A stretch of 64,000 nucleotides of DNA from Spirochaetia bacterium (GCA_965203055.1 OZ241863.1:352001-416000); one strand, 5' to 3'; positions 1-10,071 are shown, counted from the first letter of the stretch. The notes: generated by a model not told the origin, from the letters alone. A program made the numbers and translations.

Positions 1-1
1 A

Positions 2-946
2 TACAAATCGGCATTTCCCGCTGGCCCCGGAAAGAAGGTGTCGCCTCATCTTTTCTTCGAAGCATCCAGTGCCCGCGCCAACTACCAGGTCACGTTGCAC
101 AATCCTCTGAAAGACCCGTTGCCCGCCTGGAGATTCAAGTCCGAGACTTGGGAAGACTGCAGCGGCAGGTTGGTCGGCCGTTCACCCGCTTCGGGAAAGA
201 AGGCCAATCCCGAACGAGGAATGGCCGCGTTGAGGGCGGTCGAGGTCACGGGCGGAGACGCGCTTGAACTGCTGAAGTTGCTGCAAGGGTACGCCATATT
301 CTCCCCAACGACGCCCGTGATGCGCGGCGTCGCGCCGGAACCGCAGCCGAGACAACCGGTGGGCCTGTCCGGCGGTAATCTTCCGCGGGCGGTCTTGCAC
401 CTGCTCAAGCAGCGGGAGCACGATGAACACAGCGAGCGGATTTGTGGTGATCTATTGGGGCTCGTCGACTGGGCTGATGACATTAGTGTTAGTCGGGCGG
501 GAGTCGTGCTTCGGTTCCACGATCGATTCATGCGCAAGGGAGCGAAAGCCCTTTCCGCATATGACGCCTCCGAAGGAGCGCTCTATGCGCTGTTTCTGGC
601 GGTCGTCGCCGGCCATCACGGGAGTCCCGGACTCTGCGCAGTTGACAATGCAGATCATGGATTGAATCCGAGATTGGCCCGGTCATTGATCGAGCATCTC
701 TGTACGTGGTATCTAAAAGCTCGCGAACCGCGTCAGATTCTGTTGACTACGCACAACCCACTCGTACTGGATGGTCTACCTTTGCAGGATGACCGTGTGC
801 GTCTGTTTACGGTATCGCGGACCAGCACAGGGCGCACATCCGTGCGGCGTGTCGCGATCGGTGATCTCCGACGCAAGGCCGAGCAGGGCTGGACCTTGTC
901 GCGCTTGTGGGTGATGGGACATCTCGGCGGCGTTCCGAATGTCTGA
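2..946 (+). CDS. AAA_21/ABC-type ATPase (5' partial; the frame is open to the window edge)
   Basis: Signature-like DASEG, Walker B-like LCAVDNADHGLNP and H-loop LLTTHNP. No stop upstream of 38 in frame, so Walker A probably lies outside the window. Confidence 0.8.
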   Translation, partial: YKSAFPAGPGKKVSPHLFFEASSARANYQVTLHNPLKDPLPAWRFKSETWEDCSGRLVGRSPASGKKANPERGMAALRAVEVTGGDALELLKLLQGYAIFSPTTPVMRGVAPEPQPRQPVGLSGGNLPRAVLHLLKQREHDEHSERICGDLLGLVDWADDISVSRAGVVLRFHDRFMRKGAKALSAYDASEGALYALFLAVVAGHHGSPGLCAVDNADHGLNPRLARSLIEHLCTWYLKAREPRQILLTTHNPLVLDGLPLQDDRVRLFTVSRTSTGRTSVRRVAIGDLRRKAEQGWTLSRLWVMGHLGGVPNV

Positions 947-1668
947 TACGGTACGTGTCGCTGCCGCCGTCGAGGGGCCGACCGATGAAGTCGCGCTGAA
1001 AGCGGCCCTCAAGAGCCTGTTGACGAACATCGAATTCGAGTTCCAGACCCTGCAGCCAGAGGGCTCAGCGGCATTTGGCTCTTCGCCAAGCCGAACAGGA
1101 ACCGGATGGGGCGGGGTCTATCGCTGGTGCCGTCAATCAGCCGAAGAAGGCGGCGGTTCGGTTTCCGGCTCGTCGGTGCTGTTCAATTCATGACCTCTTG
1201 ATCATTCAGGTAGACGCCGATGTAGCGGGCAAGACCTATTCCAGTGCGAGTATTCGAGACGCTCCAAGTCAAGATCTTCCCTGTAGCCAGCCATGTCCGC
1301 CAGCGAGTGGAACGACAAATGCATTGCGAACGGTTATCCTCGGCTGGCTTGGCGAACGTCAATGCCCGTGTCGAGTCGTCCTGTGCACGCCGTCGAAGAA
1401 TATGGAGGCATGGGTGATTGCCGCAGTCTGGCCGACCAATCCGATGATTACGCGCGGTAATTGGGAGTGTCATCCGAATCCGGAAGGCCAGCTCGGGAAT
1501 CTGCCCAGGAACCGGAGGTTCCGGAAACACGCGCGCGACTATCGGGCCAAGCAGAACCAGCTGACCGAGGGCTGGCAGAACGTGTCGGATACGCTCACGG
1601 AAGCCACACGATTTCAACGTGAACTTCTTGCCGCCTGTTCCATAGCAAGCTCGTCGGCTATCGAGTAA
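939..1668 (+). pseudogene. TOPRIM/DUF4276-like partner of the ATPase, split by a +1 frameshift near 1185-1188
   Basis: ORF 939-1193 has VEGPTD and ORF 1075-1668 has IQVDAD. Removing one T from TTC AAT T CAT GAC joins them. The start overlaps the ATPase stop. Confidence 0.7.
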
Positions 1669-2852
1669 CATGGAGTGACGCGCAGCTCACCAGTGAGGAG
1701 TACTGACATAAGGCCGCGCTTGACGATCCGCGCCTGGTCGATGACCGCCCGGGTCTTCTCGATAGCGTCGTCCATCCCCGAAAGGACTGCGGCAATCTTA
1801 CGCTGCTCGGGGAGCGGCGGCAAGAACAACGGATACGCCCTTACGTCATGGGCCGTGACAGCCGGATAATTGCTTCCACTCATGCGTGGCTTCAGGTACT
1901 CAACGAAGCCGCTTGACAGAATCTGCTGGTAGAGAAAGCGACCATCCACCCCGTCTCCTGGTCGGACCACTGCATAACCTGTCGACACGACGAGGTTATC
2001 GAGCGCCTGCCGGACACGAGCGAAATTGCGCAGGTACGGTCTTACGGTTGACACGAGAATGTCGCCTTCGCGTACCACCCTCCTGGCGCGGCTCGGCGCG
2101 TCCTCGAAACGCAATGTCCGAGTGTCGCCGATGACCCCCGGCTGCTCGATAGCTGAGATGTCAAGATACTCCAGCAAGTAATCGGGATCGGTCCTGCTCC
2201 CAAGCTGCTCCGGGTTCACCTGCGCAAGACTGCCGAGGGTTGAGGCCCTCCAAGTGTCCCGCTCTTCCTCGAGCAGTACTTGCAGCAGACCGCGCTTGAC
2301 GATCCGCGCCTGGTCGATGACCGCCTGCGTCTTCTCGATGGCGTTGTCCACCGAAGAAAGGATCGCCGCAATCTTGCGCTGTTCAGGAAGCGGTGGTAAC
2401 TCGACTTCGAAGTCGTCAAAGACGCTTGCCGGTACGCGTTGTCGCCCCGATGTACCCGTCATCTGCGAGATGGCGAATGACCGAAAGGCTGGATTCTTCG
2501 CCAAGTAGTACACATATGCGGGCAAGGTGAGTTCGGGACGCGGGCCGAGAACAATGAACTCCGTCGATCCCGTAGCCACCTCTCCGGTGGAAAGGCAGCC
2601 AACAAGCCCGGTCTTTCCGTTCTCGGTACAAGGAGTTATTCGCGCAAACAGGGTATCTCCGTTTACGAAGCGCGAGCCACCGGGTCCAACGGGTTTGACG
2701 CGCCGCGGATGGACCCGACGAGTCTCGGCGGGCAGCGCAGCCATGTCAACGAACGGGGTAAGAGTCCCCTTTGCGACAGTACGCCGCGGGTTTATTTCAA
2801 CAGCCTCGGAGAACGGCAATCTCTGCCAGTCTCCCGGAATCAGGGTGTCCAT
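1614..2852 (-). CDS. hsdS: Type I restriction-modification specificity subunit
   Basis: Two TRDs, each followed by the conserved LPPLPEQRKIAA...IEKT..VIDQARIVKRGL repeat. C-terminal LLTGELRV. Confidence 0.93.
   Translation of the reverse strand: MDTLIPGDWQRLPFSEAVEINPRRTVAKGTLTPFVDMAALPAETRRVHPRRVKPVGPGGSRFVNGDTLFARITPCTENGKTGLVGCLSTGEVATGSTEFIVLGPRPELTLPAYVYYLAKNPAFRSFAISQMTGTSGRQRVPASVFDDFEVELPPLPEQRKIAAILSSVDNAIEKTQAVIDQARIVKRGLLQVLLEEERDTWRASTLGSLAQVNPEQLGSRTDPDYLLEYLDISAIEQPGVIGDTRTLRFEDAPSRARRVVREGDILVSTVRPYLRNFARVRQALDNLVVSTGYAVVRPGDGVDGRFLYQQILSSGFVEYLKPRMSGSNYPAVTAHDVRAYPLFLPPLPEQRKIAAVLSGMDDAIEKTRAVIDQARIVKRGLMSVLLTGELRVTPCYSIADELAMEQAARSSR
1714..2325. repeat. 36-bp identical direct repeat inside hsdS (1714-1749 and 2290-2325)
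   Basis: CCGCGCTTGACGATCCGCGCCTGGTCGATGACCGCC occurs twice, flanking TRD2. Confidence 0.9.
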
Positions 2853-4030
2853 CAGGATCGAATGAGATTGAAGGTAACGCGCACGAACTTGTTGATCTCG
2901 TCCTGCATGAGGGTTGGCTCGGTCTCATTGAACGCCCGCATCTCCCGCCGCATGGTCAGCCATCCGCGTCCTCGTTGTTCCATGTAGCCCATCGCAGCCA
3001 TGAAATAGGCCATGGAGTCGTTCCGCGAACGAGGATTGGCGCCGGCCATGACCCGCTCGACGGTCATATGGTTCGGCAGCGCTCCGGGACTGGTTACGTC
3101 GACGCGGCCGTCGAATAATTCGAGGAGCACCTTGGACCCGGTTATGGCGTAATCGCGATGTGTCACGGCGTTCACGAGCGCCTCCCGAATCGCTGCCCGC
3201 GGCAGCAGAAAACGGTCTTCTCGACTCAGTTTTCGGTATGACTCGAACCGGCCAAGCCCCAGGAACCAGCCGACCGACCGCTCAACCTGATCGTCTAGCC
3301 GGCCGGCGGCCTCCGAGACCTGCAGCACCTCCGAGGCGCGATCGTCCCCCGCATAGGCGACGCACTCGATCCGGAAGTTGCGGGTCTGCGGGTAGCGCTG
3401 AGGATCCTTGCCAAAGGAGAGGACGCCGTAGAGGGTCGCCCGTAACTCGCCGTCGATCTCGGTAAGCACCCCCCGGTTGCGCAGGTCGTCCTGACTGTCC
3501 GGCTGCGGCTCGTCGTCGATGTCGAATCCCTGACGGTCCAGATACGAGAGGAAGGACCGCAAGTCGATGTGTTGGACGGTCGCGTCCTGGATCGCGCGCT
3601 CCTCGGTGAGGATGTACCCAAACGCGTAGTAGAGTTCCTGCAGCTCCGTGGGAGGGGGCTCTACGCTGTTGCGATCGTGGCGTATCCACACCCGGCCGTC
3701 GTACCCCAGCGGTTCAAATCCCCGCTGACGAGGGATCTGAAGCCAATGCACCCAGCCCCGCTGGTCCTCATGGCGGCCGGTGCGTGCGGAGACAGGAGTG
3801 CTGCACCCGGTCCGGAGGAACGACGTCAGGCGTTCCTGAACCTGCTCGGCATTCTCCTTGACACCAACTATTTCCCGTTCATTGGTCACGCCCACAACGA
3901 CGAGTCCGCCCTCGGTATTGGCGAACGCGCATGTCGCCTTACCAATGGCCGACAGGTCGAGCCGGCGCTTGAACTCGGTATGGCGATCTTCACCTGCCTC
4001 GATCCGTTGCAGGACTTCCAGCCATTCCAT
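2852..4030 (-). CDS. AlbA_2 (Schlafen-like) DNA-binding domain plus HATPase_c_4 (RecG C-terminal-like) protein
   Basis: GEDRHTEFK, CAFANTEGG, REALVNAVTHRDY, SPGALP and MEQRGRG motifs. The stop overlaps the hsdS start (TGATG). Confidence 0.88.
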   Translation of the reverse strand: MEWLEVLQRIEAGEDRHTEFKRRLDLSAIGKATCAFANTEGGLVVVGVTNEREIVGVKENAEQVQERLTSFLRTGCSTPVSARTGRHEDQRGWVHWLQIPRQRGFEPLGYDGRVWIRHDRNSVEPPPTELQELYYAFGYILTEERAIQDATVQHIDLRSFLSYLDRQGFDIDDEPQPDSQDDLRNRGVLTEIDGELRATLYGVLSFGKDPQRYPQTRNFRIECVAYAGDDRASEVLQVSEAAGRLDDQVERSVGWFLGLGRFESYRKLSREDRFLLPRAAIREALVNAVTHRDYAITGSKVLLELFDGRVDVTSPGALPNHMTVERVMAGANPRSRNDSMAYFMAAMGYMEQRGRGWLTMRREMRAFNETEPTLMQDEINKFVRVTFNLIRS

Positions 4031-4166
4031 CGCGGGTTCCGAATCTAATCAGACTGCTGCACGTCGTCTAACGGTCAGGCGCAACGCTGTCCCGAACGGA
4101 GCGGCCCCACGGATGAAGTCACAGCAACGCTGTCATGGTCGTCCGAGCCGCGGGTGGGCGAGCGGC

Positions 4167-4979
4167 TCAATCGTAGGCTCCTGGAGGATGGTCGCCCAGC
4201 AGGCGGCGCTGGCGTTCCGTGGTGACCGCCAGGATTTCGGGATCGAACCGGAACCGATGCAGGTACGGCGGGAACCGCTGCGCGATCCAGCGTTGCGCGT
4301 AGTGCACCTGCAGCAGGTAGCGCACGCGGTCGCTGCGGTTGGCGGTGCCGCGGTGCCACACCTCGCTGCGGAAGATCACCACGTCCCCCGCGCCGCACAG
4401 GATGCTCTGCTCCTCGCGGCCGTTCCAGGTGGTGTCGCCGCCGGGCGCGCGGCCGGCGCGATGGCTGCCCGGCACGAAGCGCGTCGGACCGAGCGCCTCG
4501 GTGAGGTCGTCCAGGTAGAAGTGAGCGGTGGAGATGTACACCGGGATGCGCACCCGCGGGTCGGCCATCACGTCTGCGGGCAGGGTGAGCGGCTGCCAGT
4601 CGGCGTGCAGTTGCTGGTCCGGGCGCCCCGGTCCGGTCATCCACGCGGTCATGCCGATCACGTGGCAGTTCGCCCCGTGCAGCGCCTCGGCAATCTCGAT
4701 GACGCCGGGGTAGTCCAGGAAGCGCACGAAATAGGGGTCGCGATTGAAGGCGTTGTTGATGTGCCGGTTGATGAAGCCGTCGCGGTCCGGCTGGAGGCCG
4801 CGGTCGAAGCTGTCGGGGTTCGGTTGCAAACGGTCCATGTGCGCCCGCAGCTCCGCGGTCCGCCCGGCATCGAGCGCCGCCGGAAGGTAGACGTATCCGT
4901 CCTCCTCCAGCGCGCGCACCTGAGCGGGCAGATCGGGCTGCGCGACGAGGGGCAGCGCTTCCGCCATGACAGGGCTCAT
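4167..4979 (-). CDS. Phytanoyl-CoA dioxygenase (PhyH) family protein
   Basis: EEDGYV, LHAD (HxD), GPTRFVPGSH and WHRGTAN...R motifs. Confidence 0.88.
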   Translation of the reverse strand: MSPVMAEALPLVAQPDLPAQVRALEEDGYVYLPAALDAGRTAELRAHMDRLQPNPDSFDRGLQPDRDGFINRHINNAFNRDPYFVRFLDYPGVIEIAEALHGANCHVIGMTAWMTGPGRPDQQLHADWQPLTLPADVMADPRVRIPVYISTAHFYLDDLTEALGPTRFVPGSHRAGRAPGGDTTWNGREEQSILCGAGDVVIFRSEVWHRGTANRSDRVRYLLQVHYAQRWIAQRFPPYLHRFRFDPEILAVTTERQRRLLGDHPPGAYD

Positions 4980-5298
4980 TCAACGACATTTTCCGACAAT
5001 GGTCCAGCCGCCCGGCCGCTCCGATCAGTTCGGCGGAGCGGATGCACGGGTCCGAGCAGCCTCCGCAGGCCGGTGGCCGATTCCATCGACCGCAATTTGA
5101 AGCGGCGGCGGGCCGCGCGCTGTTGATTACACCCGAGGGCGTCCCAACCGGAAGGCCGGAACCTGCGCTGGTAGGCGCACTGCGGTGGATCGCATGCGAC
5201 TGCGCGCCGGGATGCGCGCGCTTGCGCCTGGTGACACCCGACCGCTTGAGCGGTAGGATTGGGGCCAGGAGAAATGGAGGGCGCCCGTGGAGGGGTAC

Positions 5299-5712
5299 GT
5301 GAGTAACGAGTTGATAGGGATCATCGGAGCGGCGATCACTGTCGCCGCTGTCTTTCTCGCCACGATGCGCGGGATTCGCGGCGACATGCGCGAGATACGC
5401 GGGGAGGTGCGCGCCGTACGTACCGAAATGAAGAATAGCCTTGAACGTGAGGTCAACGGGCTAAGGGACGAAATCAAGGAGGGCGAAAGCAGACTCCACG
5501 ACGGAATGAACGACAGCGCCAGCAGTCTCAGAAATGAAATGAGCGACAGCGCCGGCAAGCTCAGAGAAGAAATGAACGCCGGGTTCAAGGAAATCACCGC
5601 ACGGCTCGTCAATGTCGGAGATCGGCTGTCGAAGGTAGAGGGGATCATCGAGGGGATGTTCTGGAGCGCCCGCAACCAGCCGCCGGACAAGCCGCGAGCG
5701 GGAGCCGCGTAG
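5299..5712 (+). CDS. Small membrane-anchored coiled-coil protein with 11-aa repeats
   Basis: GTG start after GGAGGG. N-terminal hydrophobic helix followed by MNDSASSLRNE/MSDSAGKLREE repeats. Confidence 0.7.
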   Translation: MSNELIGIIGAAITVAAVFLATMRGIRGDMREIRGEVRAVRTEMKNSLEREVNGLRDEIKEGESRLHDGMNDSASSLRNEMSDSAGKLREEMNAGFKEITARLVNVGDRLSKVEGIIEGMFWSARNQPPDKPRAGAA

Positions 5713-5722
5713 CGTTCGTCAC

Positions 5723-7390
5723 ATGAACGTCAACGCCAGCATCATCGACCATCGGGTGACCGGATTGATCGAAAGTCATCCCGAATGGTTCGCCGACAGC
5801 GCCGATCTCAACCGGCGGAAGTCTACCTCTTTTGTACTGCTATGCATGTCGAGCTATCTCGGGATTGCGCCCGAGGAAAGTGTCGAGCTGCTCACCGAAG
5901 GAGGAAATGATGGCGGCGTGGACGGCCTTCAGATCAGCGACGTCGAGGATGATGCGTTCCTGGTCACCCTGTTCCAGGGGAAATACAAAGTAAAGGATCT
6001 GAGTGGCACAGCCAACTTCCCGGAAAACAGCGTGCGGCTGGCGCTGGATACCGTTCAGGTGCTCCTCGATCCCTATCGCGCGATAGAACTGAACGAAAGG
6101 ATCAAGCCAAAGATTGCAGAAATTCATTCTTTGATCCGCGACGGGTATATTCCGAGCGTGCGCTTCGTGCTGTGCAACAACGGCGCCAGGTGGACCACCG
6201 GAGCCGATCGTTGGGTTGCTGCGGCGGAACGGGATTACGGTGACAAAGTACGGATCGTTCATTACAATCACGACTCGATCGTCAGCATCCTGCAGCGGCC
6301 CGGGAGGGTCGATGCCGTACTCACTCTGAGCGGCGAGGCGATCGTAGAGGACATGAATTATCAGCGCGTATTGATCGGGCGCGCCGCCGTTCAAGAGATC
6401 GGCCGGCTATTCGAACAACACGGCGACCAGATCCTGGAGCGTAACGTCCGCCGCTACCTGGGCCTGCGCAGCAACCGCGTGAATGCGGCAATTCACGACA
6501 CGCTCTGCGATCCCGGCAAGTCCGACAAATTCTACTTCTACAACAACGGGATCACGATGGTCTGCGACAAGTTCGATTACAACGCCTTTCAGAAGTCTGA
6601 CTATCAGGTAAGGATCCGCAACTTGCAGGTAATCAATGGCGCTCAGACCTGTATGACGATTCAGCGAACCCTGAACGGCGGGCGCGCCGATGCGTTGGCC
6701 GAGTCGGCCTATGTCCTGATACGGGTGTATCAGCTTTCCGGGGACGACCGCGAGTTCGTTCAAGACGTCACCCACGCTACCAACAGCCAGAACCCGGTCA
6801 GCCTGCGCGACCTCCGATCCAACGACGAGCTGCAGCGCCGGCTGGAGCTCGGAATCGCGCAGTTGGGTCATACCTACCAGCGCCACCGGGCAGCGGGCAA
6901 CGGCGCCGCGAACCTGGTCACCAGCGCCACCGTAGCGGAGGCGGTGCTGGCGATCTGGCGCGCCCGCCCGCATCAGGCCAGGTTCCTTCGCAAGGAACAC
7001 TTCGGCAAGCTCTACGACGACATCTTTCGCGATCTCAACGCCTCTCAGGCGCTGCTTGCGGTTGCCATCTTCCGAGCCGTAGAGGATGCAAGACGACACC
7101 CGAAGATGCCGCATGCGCCGGACTTCCTGCCGTATGCGTCGCACCACATTGCTCTGTTGATCGGGCGCGCGCTTCTGCACGACCGGAACGTCACCGTGGA
7201 GCAGGTGTCGCACCGAAACCATGACGCCCTCGCTGCCGCATTCAGGGAGGCTCAGGCGCGCTACTACCGCAATGCGGTCGACGGCGTGGGGCAGGCGCTG
7301 CGGTACTGCTACGGCGGCCGGGAAGTGTCGCCGCAACAGTTGGCGGCTACCTTCAGGCGCGGCGATCTGTTGGAGATACTGAGCCCTTAG
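5723..7390 (+). CDS. AIPR family (abortive infection phage resistance) protein
   Basis: DGGVDG, NVRRYLG, FYFYNNGIT, QVINGAQT and TNSQNPV motifs. Confidence 0.9.
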   Translation: MNVNASIIDHRVTGLIESHPEWFADSADLNRRKSTSFVLLCMSSYLGIAPEESVELLTEGGNDGGVDGLQISDVEDDAFLVTLFQGKYKVKDLSGTANFPENSVRLALDTVQVLLDPYRAIELNERIKPKIAEIHSLIRDGYIPSVRFVLCNNGARWTTGADRWVAAAERDYGDKVRIVHYNHDSIVSILQRPGRVDAVLTLSGEAIVEDMNYQRVLIGRAAVQEIGRLFEQHGDQILERNVRRYLGLRSNRVNAAIHDTLCDPGKSDKFYFYNNGITMVCDKFDYNAFQKSDYQVRIRNLQVINGAQTCMTIQRTLNGGRADALAESAYVLIRVYQLSGDDREFVQDVTHATNSQNPVSLRDLRSNDELQRRLELGIAQLGHTYQRHRAAGNGAANLVTSATVAEAVLAIWRARPHQARFLRKEHFGKLYDDIFRDLNASQALLAVAIFRAVEDARRHPKMPHAPDFLPYASHHIALLIGRALLHDRNVTVEQVSHRNHDALAAAFREAQARYYRNAVDGVGQALRYCYGGREVSPQQLAATFRRGDLLEILSP

Positions 7391-7508
7391 CCCCAGTTGT
7401 TCACGGGCGTTCCCCAGCTCGCGATCCGGGATGCAGGATGCGCCCCGCCTTGGCTTGGCCTGCCTGCCGCCTGCCCGCCCCCGCCGCCCCCGCCCGCCAA
7501 AGGGCGGC

Positions 7509-7538
7509 TTGCCGGATGACGGCGCCCGTGGCTACACT
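7509..7538 (+). promoter_or_regulatory. Putative sigma70 promoter of hemB
   Basis: TTGCCG-18 nt-TACACT, 10 nt before the ATG at 7549. Confidence 0.55.
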
Positions 7539-7548
7539 GCTCAGCGCC

Positions 7549-8577
7549 ATGGCGTCACCCAGCTCCCACAACGGCTCGCCGTCGCGCAGCGAGGGACCAC
7601 TCGATCTGCCGATTCGGCCGCGCCGCAACCGCCGCAGCGCGGGCCTGCGCGCACTGGTGCGGGAGAGTCAGGTCACCCCGGCCGACCTGATTCTCCCGCT
7701 GTTCGTGGTGGAGGGCTCCGACCTGGAGGAGCCGGTGGCTGCGATGCCCGACACCAGCCGCCTGAGCCCGGATCGGGTCGTCGCACGGGCGCGCGCGGCC
7801 CATGCCCTCGGCATCCCCGCGGTAGCGCTGTTCCCGGTGATCGACGACTCGCTCAAGGACAGCCGCGCCAGCGAGTCTGCCAACCCCGACGGTCTGCTGC
7901 AGCGCACGGTGGGCGATCTCAAGGAGGCGCTGCCGGACCTGCTGGTCATTACCGACGTGGCCATGGATCCCTACTCCAGCGACGGCCACGACGGCTTGGT
8001 GGTGGACGGCAAGATCGTCAACGACGCCAGCATCGACATCTTGTGCGACATGGCGGTAGCGCAGGCGCAGGCGGGCGCCGATCTGGTGGCGCCGTCCGAC
8101 ATGATGGATGGGCGGGTGGGATACATCCGGGACGCCCTGGATGACGCCGCGTTCACCGAAGTGGGCATCCTCGCCTACAGCGCCAAGTACGCTTCGGCGT
8201 TCTACGGCCCGTTCCGCGACGCCCTCGATTCGGCGCCCAAGCACGGCGACAAGAAGAGCTACCAGATGGACCCCGCCAATCGCCGCGAGGCCCTGCGCGA
8301 GGTCCTGCTGGACCTGGACGAGGGGGCGGATATGGTGATGGTGAAGCCGGCGCTGCCCTACCTGGACGTCCTGGCGGCGGTGAAGGCGGAATCGACCGTA
8401 CCGGTGGCCGCATATCAGGTGAGCGGCGAATACGCCATGATCAAGGCCGCGGCGGCGAATGGCTGGCTTGACGAGAGCGCCGCCATGCTGGAGACGGTGA
8501 CCGCCATCAAGCGCGCCGGCGCGGACATGATCCTGACCTACTTCGCGCTGGCCGCGGCGCGCGCGGCCGGCGGCTGA
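7549..8577 (+). CDS. hemB: Porphobilinogen synthase (ALA dehydratase), Asp-rich non-zinc type
   Basis: RPRRNR, APSDMMDGRV, YSAKYASAFYGPFRDA, MVKPA and AYQVSGEY motifs. Start chosen from the promoter position. Confidence 0.96.
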   Translation: MASPSSHNGSPSRSEGPLDLPIRPRRNRRSAGLRALVRESQVTPADLILPLFVVEGSDLEEPVAAMPDTSRLSPDRVVARARAAHALGIPAVALFPVIDDSLKDSRASESANPDGLLQRTVGDLKEALPDLLVITDVAMDPYSSDGHDGLVVDGKIVNDASIDILCDMAVAQAQAGADLVAPSDMMDGRVGYIRDALDDAAFTEVGILAYSAKYASAFYGPFRDALDSAPKHGDKKSYQMDPANRREALREVLLDLDEGADMVMVKPALPYLDVLAAVKAESTVPVAAYQVSGEYAMIKAAAANGWLDESAAMLETVTAIKRAGADMILTYFALAAARAAGG

Positions 8578-8596
8578 GGCAACGTCCGGCGCTCCT

Positions 8597-9046
8597 TCAG
8601 TCTGCCCGGATTACCCCGATGGTGAGCAGCAGGTTGGCATAGATGCGCTGCTCGCCGGTGGCGACCGCCAGCGCGACGTCCGGCCCGCGGCCCGCCTCGT
8701 AGAACGCGAACCGCTCCAGTCGTTGCAGCGGCCCGGTAAAGCCGTGAGCCGCGAGCAGCGCCCGGAACTCCGCCCAGATCGGCGGATCTGCGGGCATGGC
8801 GTAGGGGCCGTCCTTGGCGGCGGCCATCACCGCCGCGGCCTCCACCGGAATGGCGGGCGCCAGCGCGGCCAGCACGTCGGTGGCGCTGACGATGCCGGGA
8901 GCCAGATTGAGGCACACCAGCTCGGCGTTGGCGCCCAGGGTGGTACGGAACGGGTAGTTGCCGTCGGCGATCAGCACCTGCGAGCCGTGCCCGGCGCGGC
9001 CCAGCGCGCGCAGGATGTCAGGATGGATCAGCGGAAGGTCAAGCAT
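8597..9046 (-). CDS. RbsD/FucU family sugar mutarotase/pyranase
   Basis: GHGSQVLIADGNYP, ERFAFYE and TGEQRIYANLLLTIGV motifs. Confidence 0.88.
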   Translation of the reverse strand: MLDLPLIHPDILRALGRAGHGSQVLIADGNYPFRTTLGANAELVCLNLAPGIVSATDVLAALAPAIPVEAAAVMAAAKDGPYAMPADPPIWAEFRALLAAHGFTGPLQRLERFAFYEAGRGPDVALAVATGEQRIYANLLLTIGVIRAD

Positions 9047-9111
9047 GACGGCCGCCAGTGTGCGGAGTATCCTGGGCGCCGGGCAAGGACGCTCGCGCTC
9101 GCTCCGCTCGC

Positions 9112-9987
9112 TCAGCGGCCGCCCACTCCGGGCGGAGGCGCCAGCCCGACGCGCGCCAACGCATGCGCGACGCCGCCGGCGGCGTTGCCGGCGGTGACGA
9201 AGTGGGCCGCGGCGCGGACCTCGGCGGTGGCGTTGGCCATGGCCACCGCGGTGCCGGCGTAGCGCAGCATGTCCAGGTCGTTGGCATTGTCGCCGATCGC
9301 CATTACCTCCTGCGGCGTCAGCCCCAGCCGTTCGGTCAGGCGCCGCAGCGCGCCGCCCTTGGCGCCGCCCGGCGCCACCACCTCGAACAGATCGGCGGGC
9401 GGGACCGGAGCCGGGCCCCACCAGCTTTGCACCAGCCCATGCAGCGGCGCCACCGCGGCCGCGGCGGCGAGCACGGCGCGGCGCGGCCCGAAGCCGACGA
9501 TCCCCAGCACCCCGCGCCTCCGTGCCACCGCCACGTCGTCCACCAGTTCCAGGATCGCGCTCTTGGTGCGCAGGTATTCCTGCGTGTACGGGGAGTCGCG
9601 GGCCGCGGGTTCCAGGACCAGTGTTATTTCGGGGCCGGCGTCCGCGGCGCCGGCGTACAGCATTGGGTGGAGTCCGCCGGCCCGGACCCGCGGCAGGGCG
9701 GCCGCGACCGCGCGCGGCGGCAGGGGCACGCGCCACAGCTCGGCTCCGCCGGGGTCAAGCACCAGCGCGCCGTTGTGCAGCGCGGCGTAGGCCGGCACCG
9801 GCAGCTCCTCCAATATCGGGCGCGCGCTGTGCAGCCCGCGCCCGGTGGCTACCAGCAACGCGGCTCCCGCCGCCGCCGCGCGGCGCAGCGCGCCGCCGTC
9901 GCCGGCGCTGATCCGCTTGTCCGGCCCCAGCAGGGTGCCGTCGAGGTCTACGGCCAGGAGCCGCGGCCGCCGGTCAGGGTTCTCCAT
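9112..9987 (-). CDS. Cof-type HAD-IIB hydrolase
   Basis: DLDGTLL, ATGR, KG and GDNANDLDML motifs. TACATT lies 10 nt upstream of the ATG. Confidence 0.9.
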   Translation of the reverse strand: MENPDRRPRLLAVDLDGTLLGPDKRISAGDGGALRRAAAAGAALLVATGRGLHSARPILEELPVPAYAALHNGALVLDPGGAELWRVPLPPRAVAAALPRVRAGGLHPMLYAGAADAGPEITLVLEPAARDSPYTQEYLRTKSAILELVDDVAVARRRGVLGIVGFGPRRAVLAAAAAVAPLHGLVQSWWGPAPVPPADLFEVVAPGGAKGGALRRLTERLGLTPQEVMAIGDNANDLDMLRYAGTAVAMANATAEVRAAAHFVTAGNAAGGVAHALARVGLAPPPGVGGR

Positions 9988-10071
9988 TCGCGGGCGCAAT
10001 GTACCGCCGCACCAAGGTCTGCTCCACCATCCGCCGCGCGCTGCCCGCGCTGCCCCGAGCTGCCGGCGAAC

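Noticed and set aside
3705..3727. GGTTCAAATCC T-loop-like motif
   Set aside because: Lies inside a CDS and has no cloverleaf, so it is not a tRNA.
4060..4166. GTTAGAC upstream of the AlbA_2 gene resembling an integron attC core, plus a GACAGCGTTGC direct repeat
   Set aside because: No matching inverse core site or attC-like hairpin, and no integrase in the window.
9085..9115. GCTC-rich low-complexity stretch (GCTCGCGCTCGCTCCGCTCGCTC)
   Set aside because: Single occurrence with no clear hairpin or second copy, so it cannot be called a REP or MITE.
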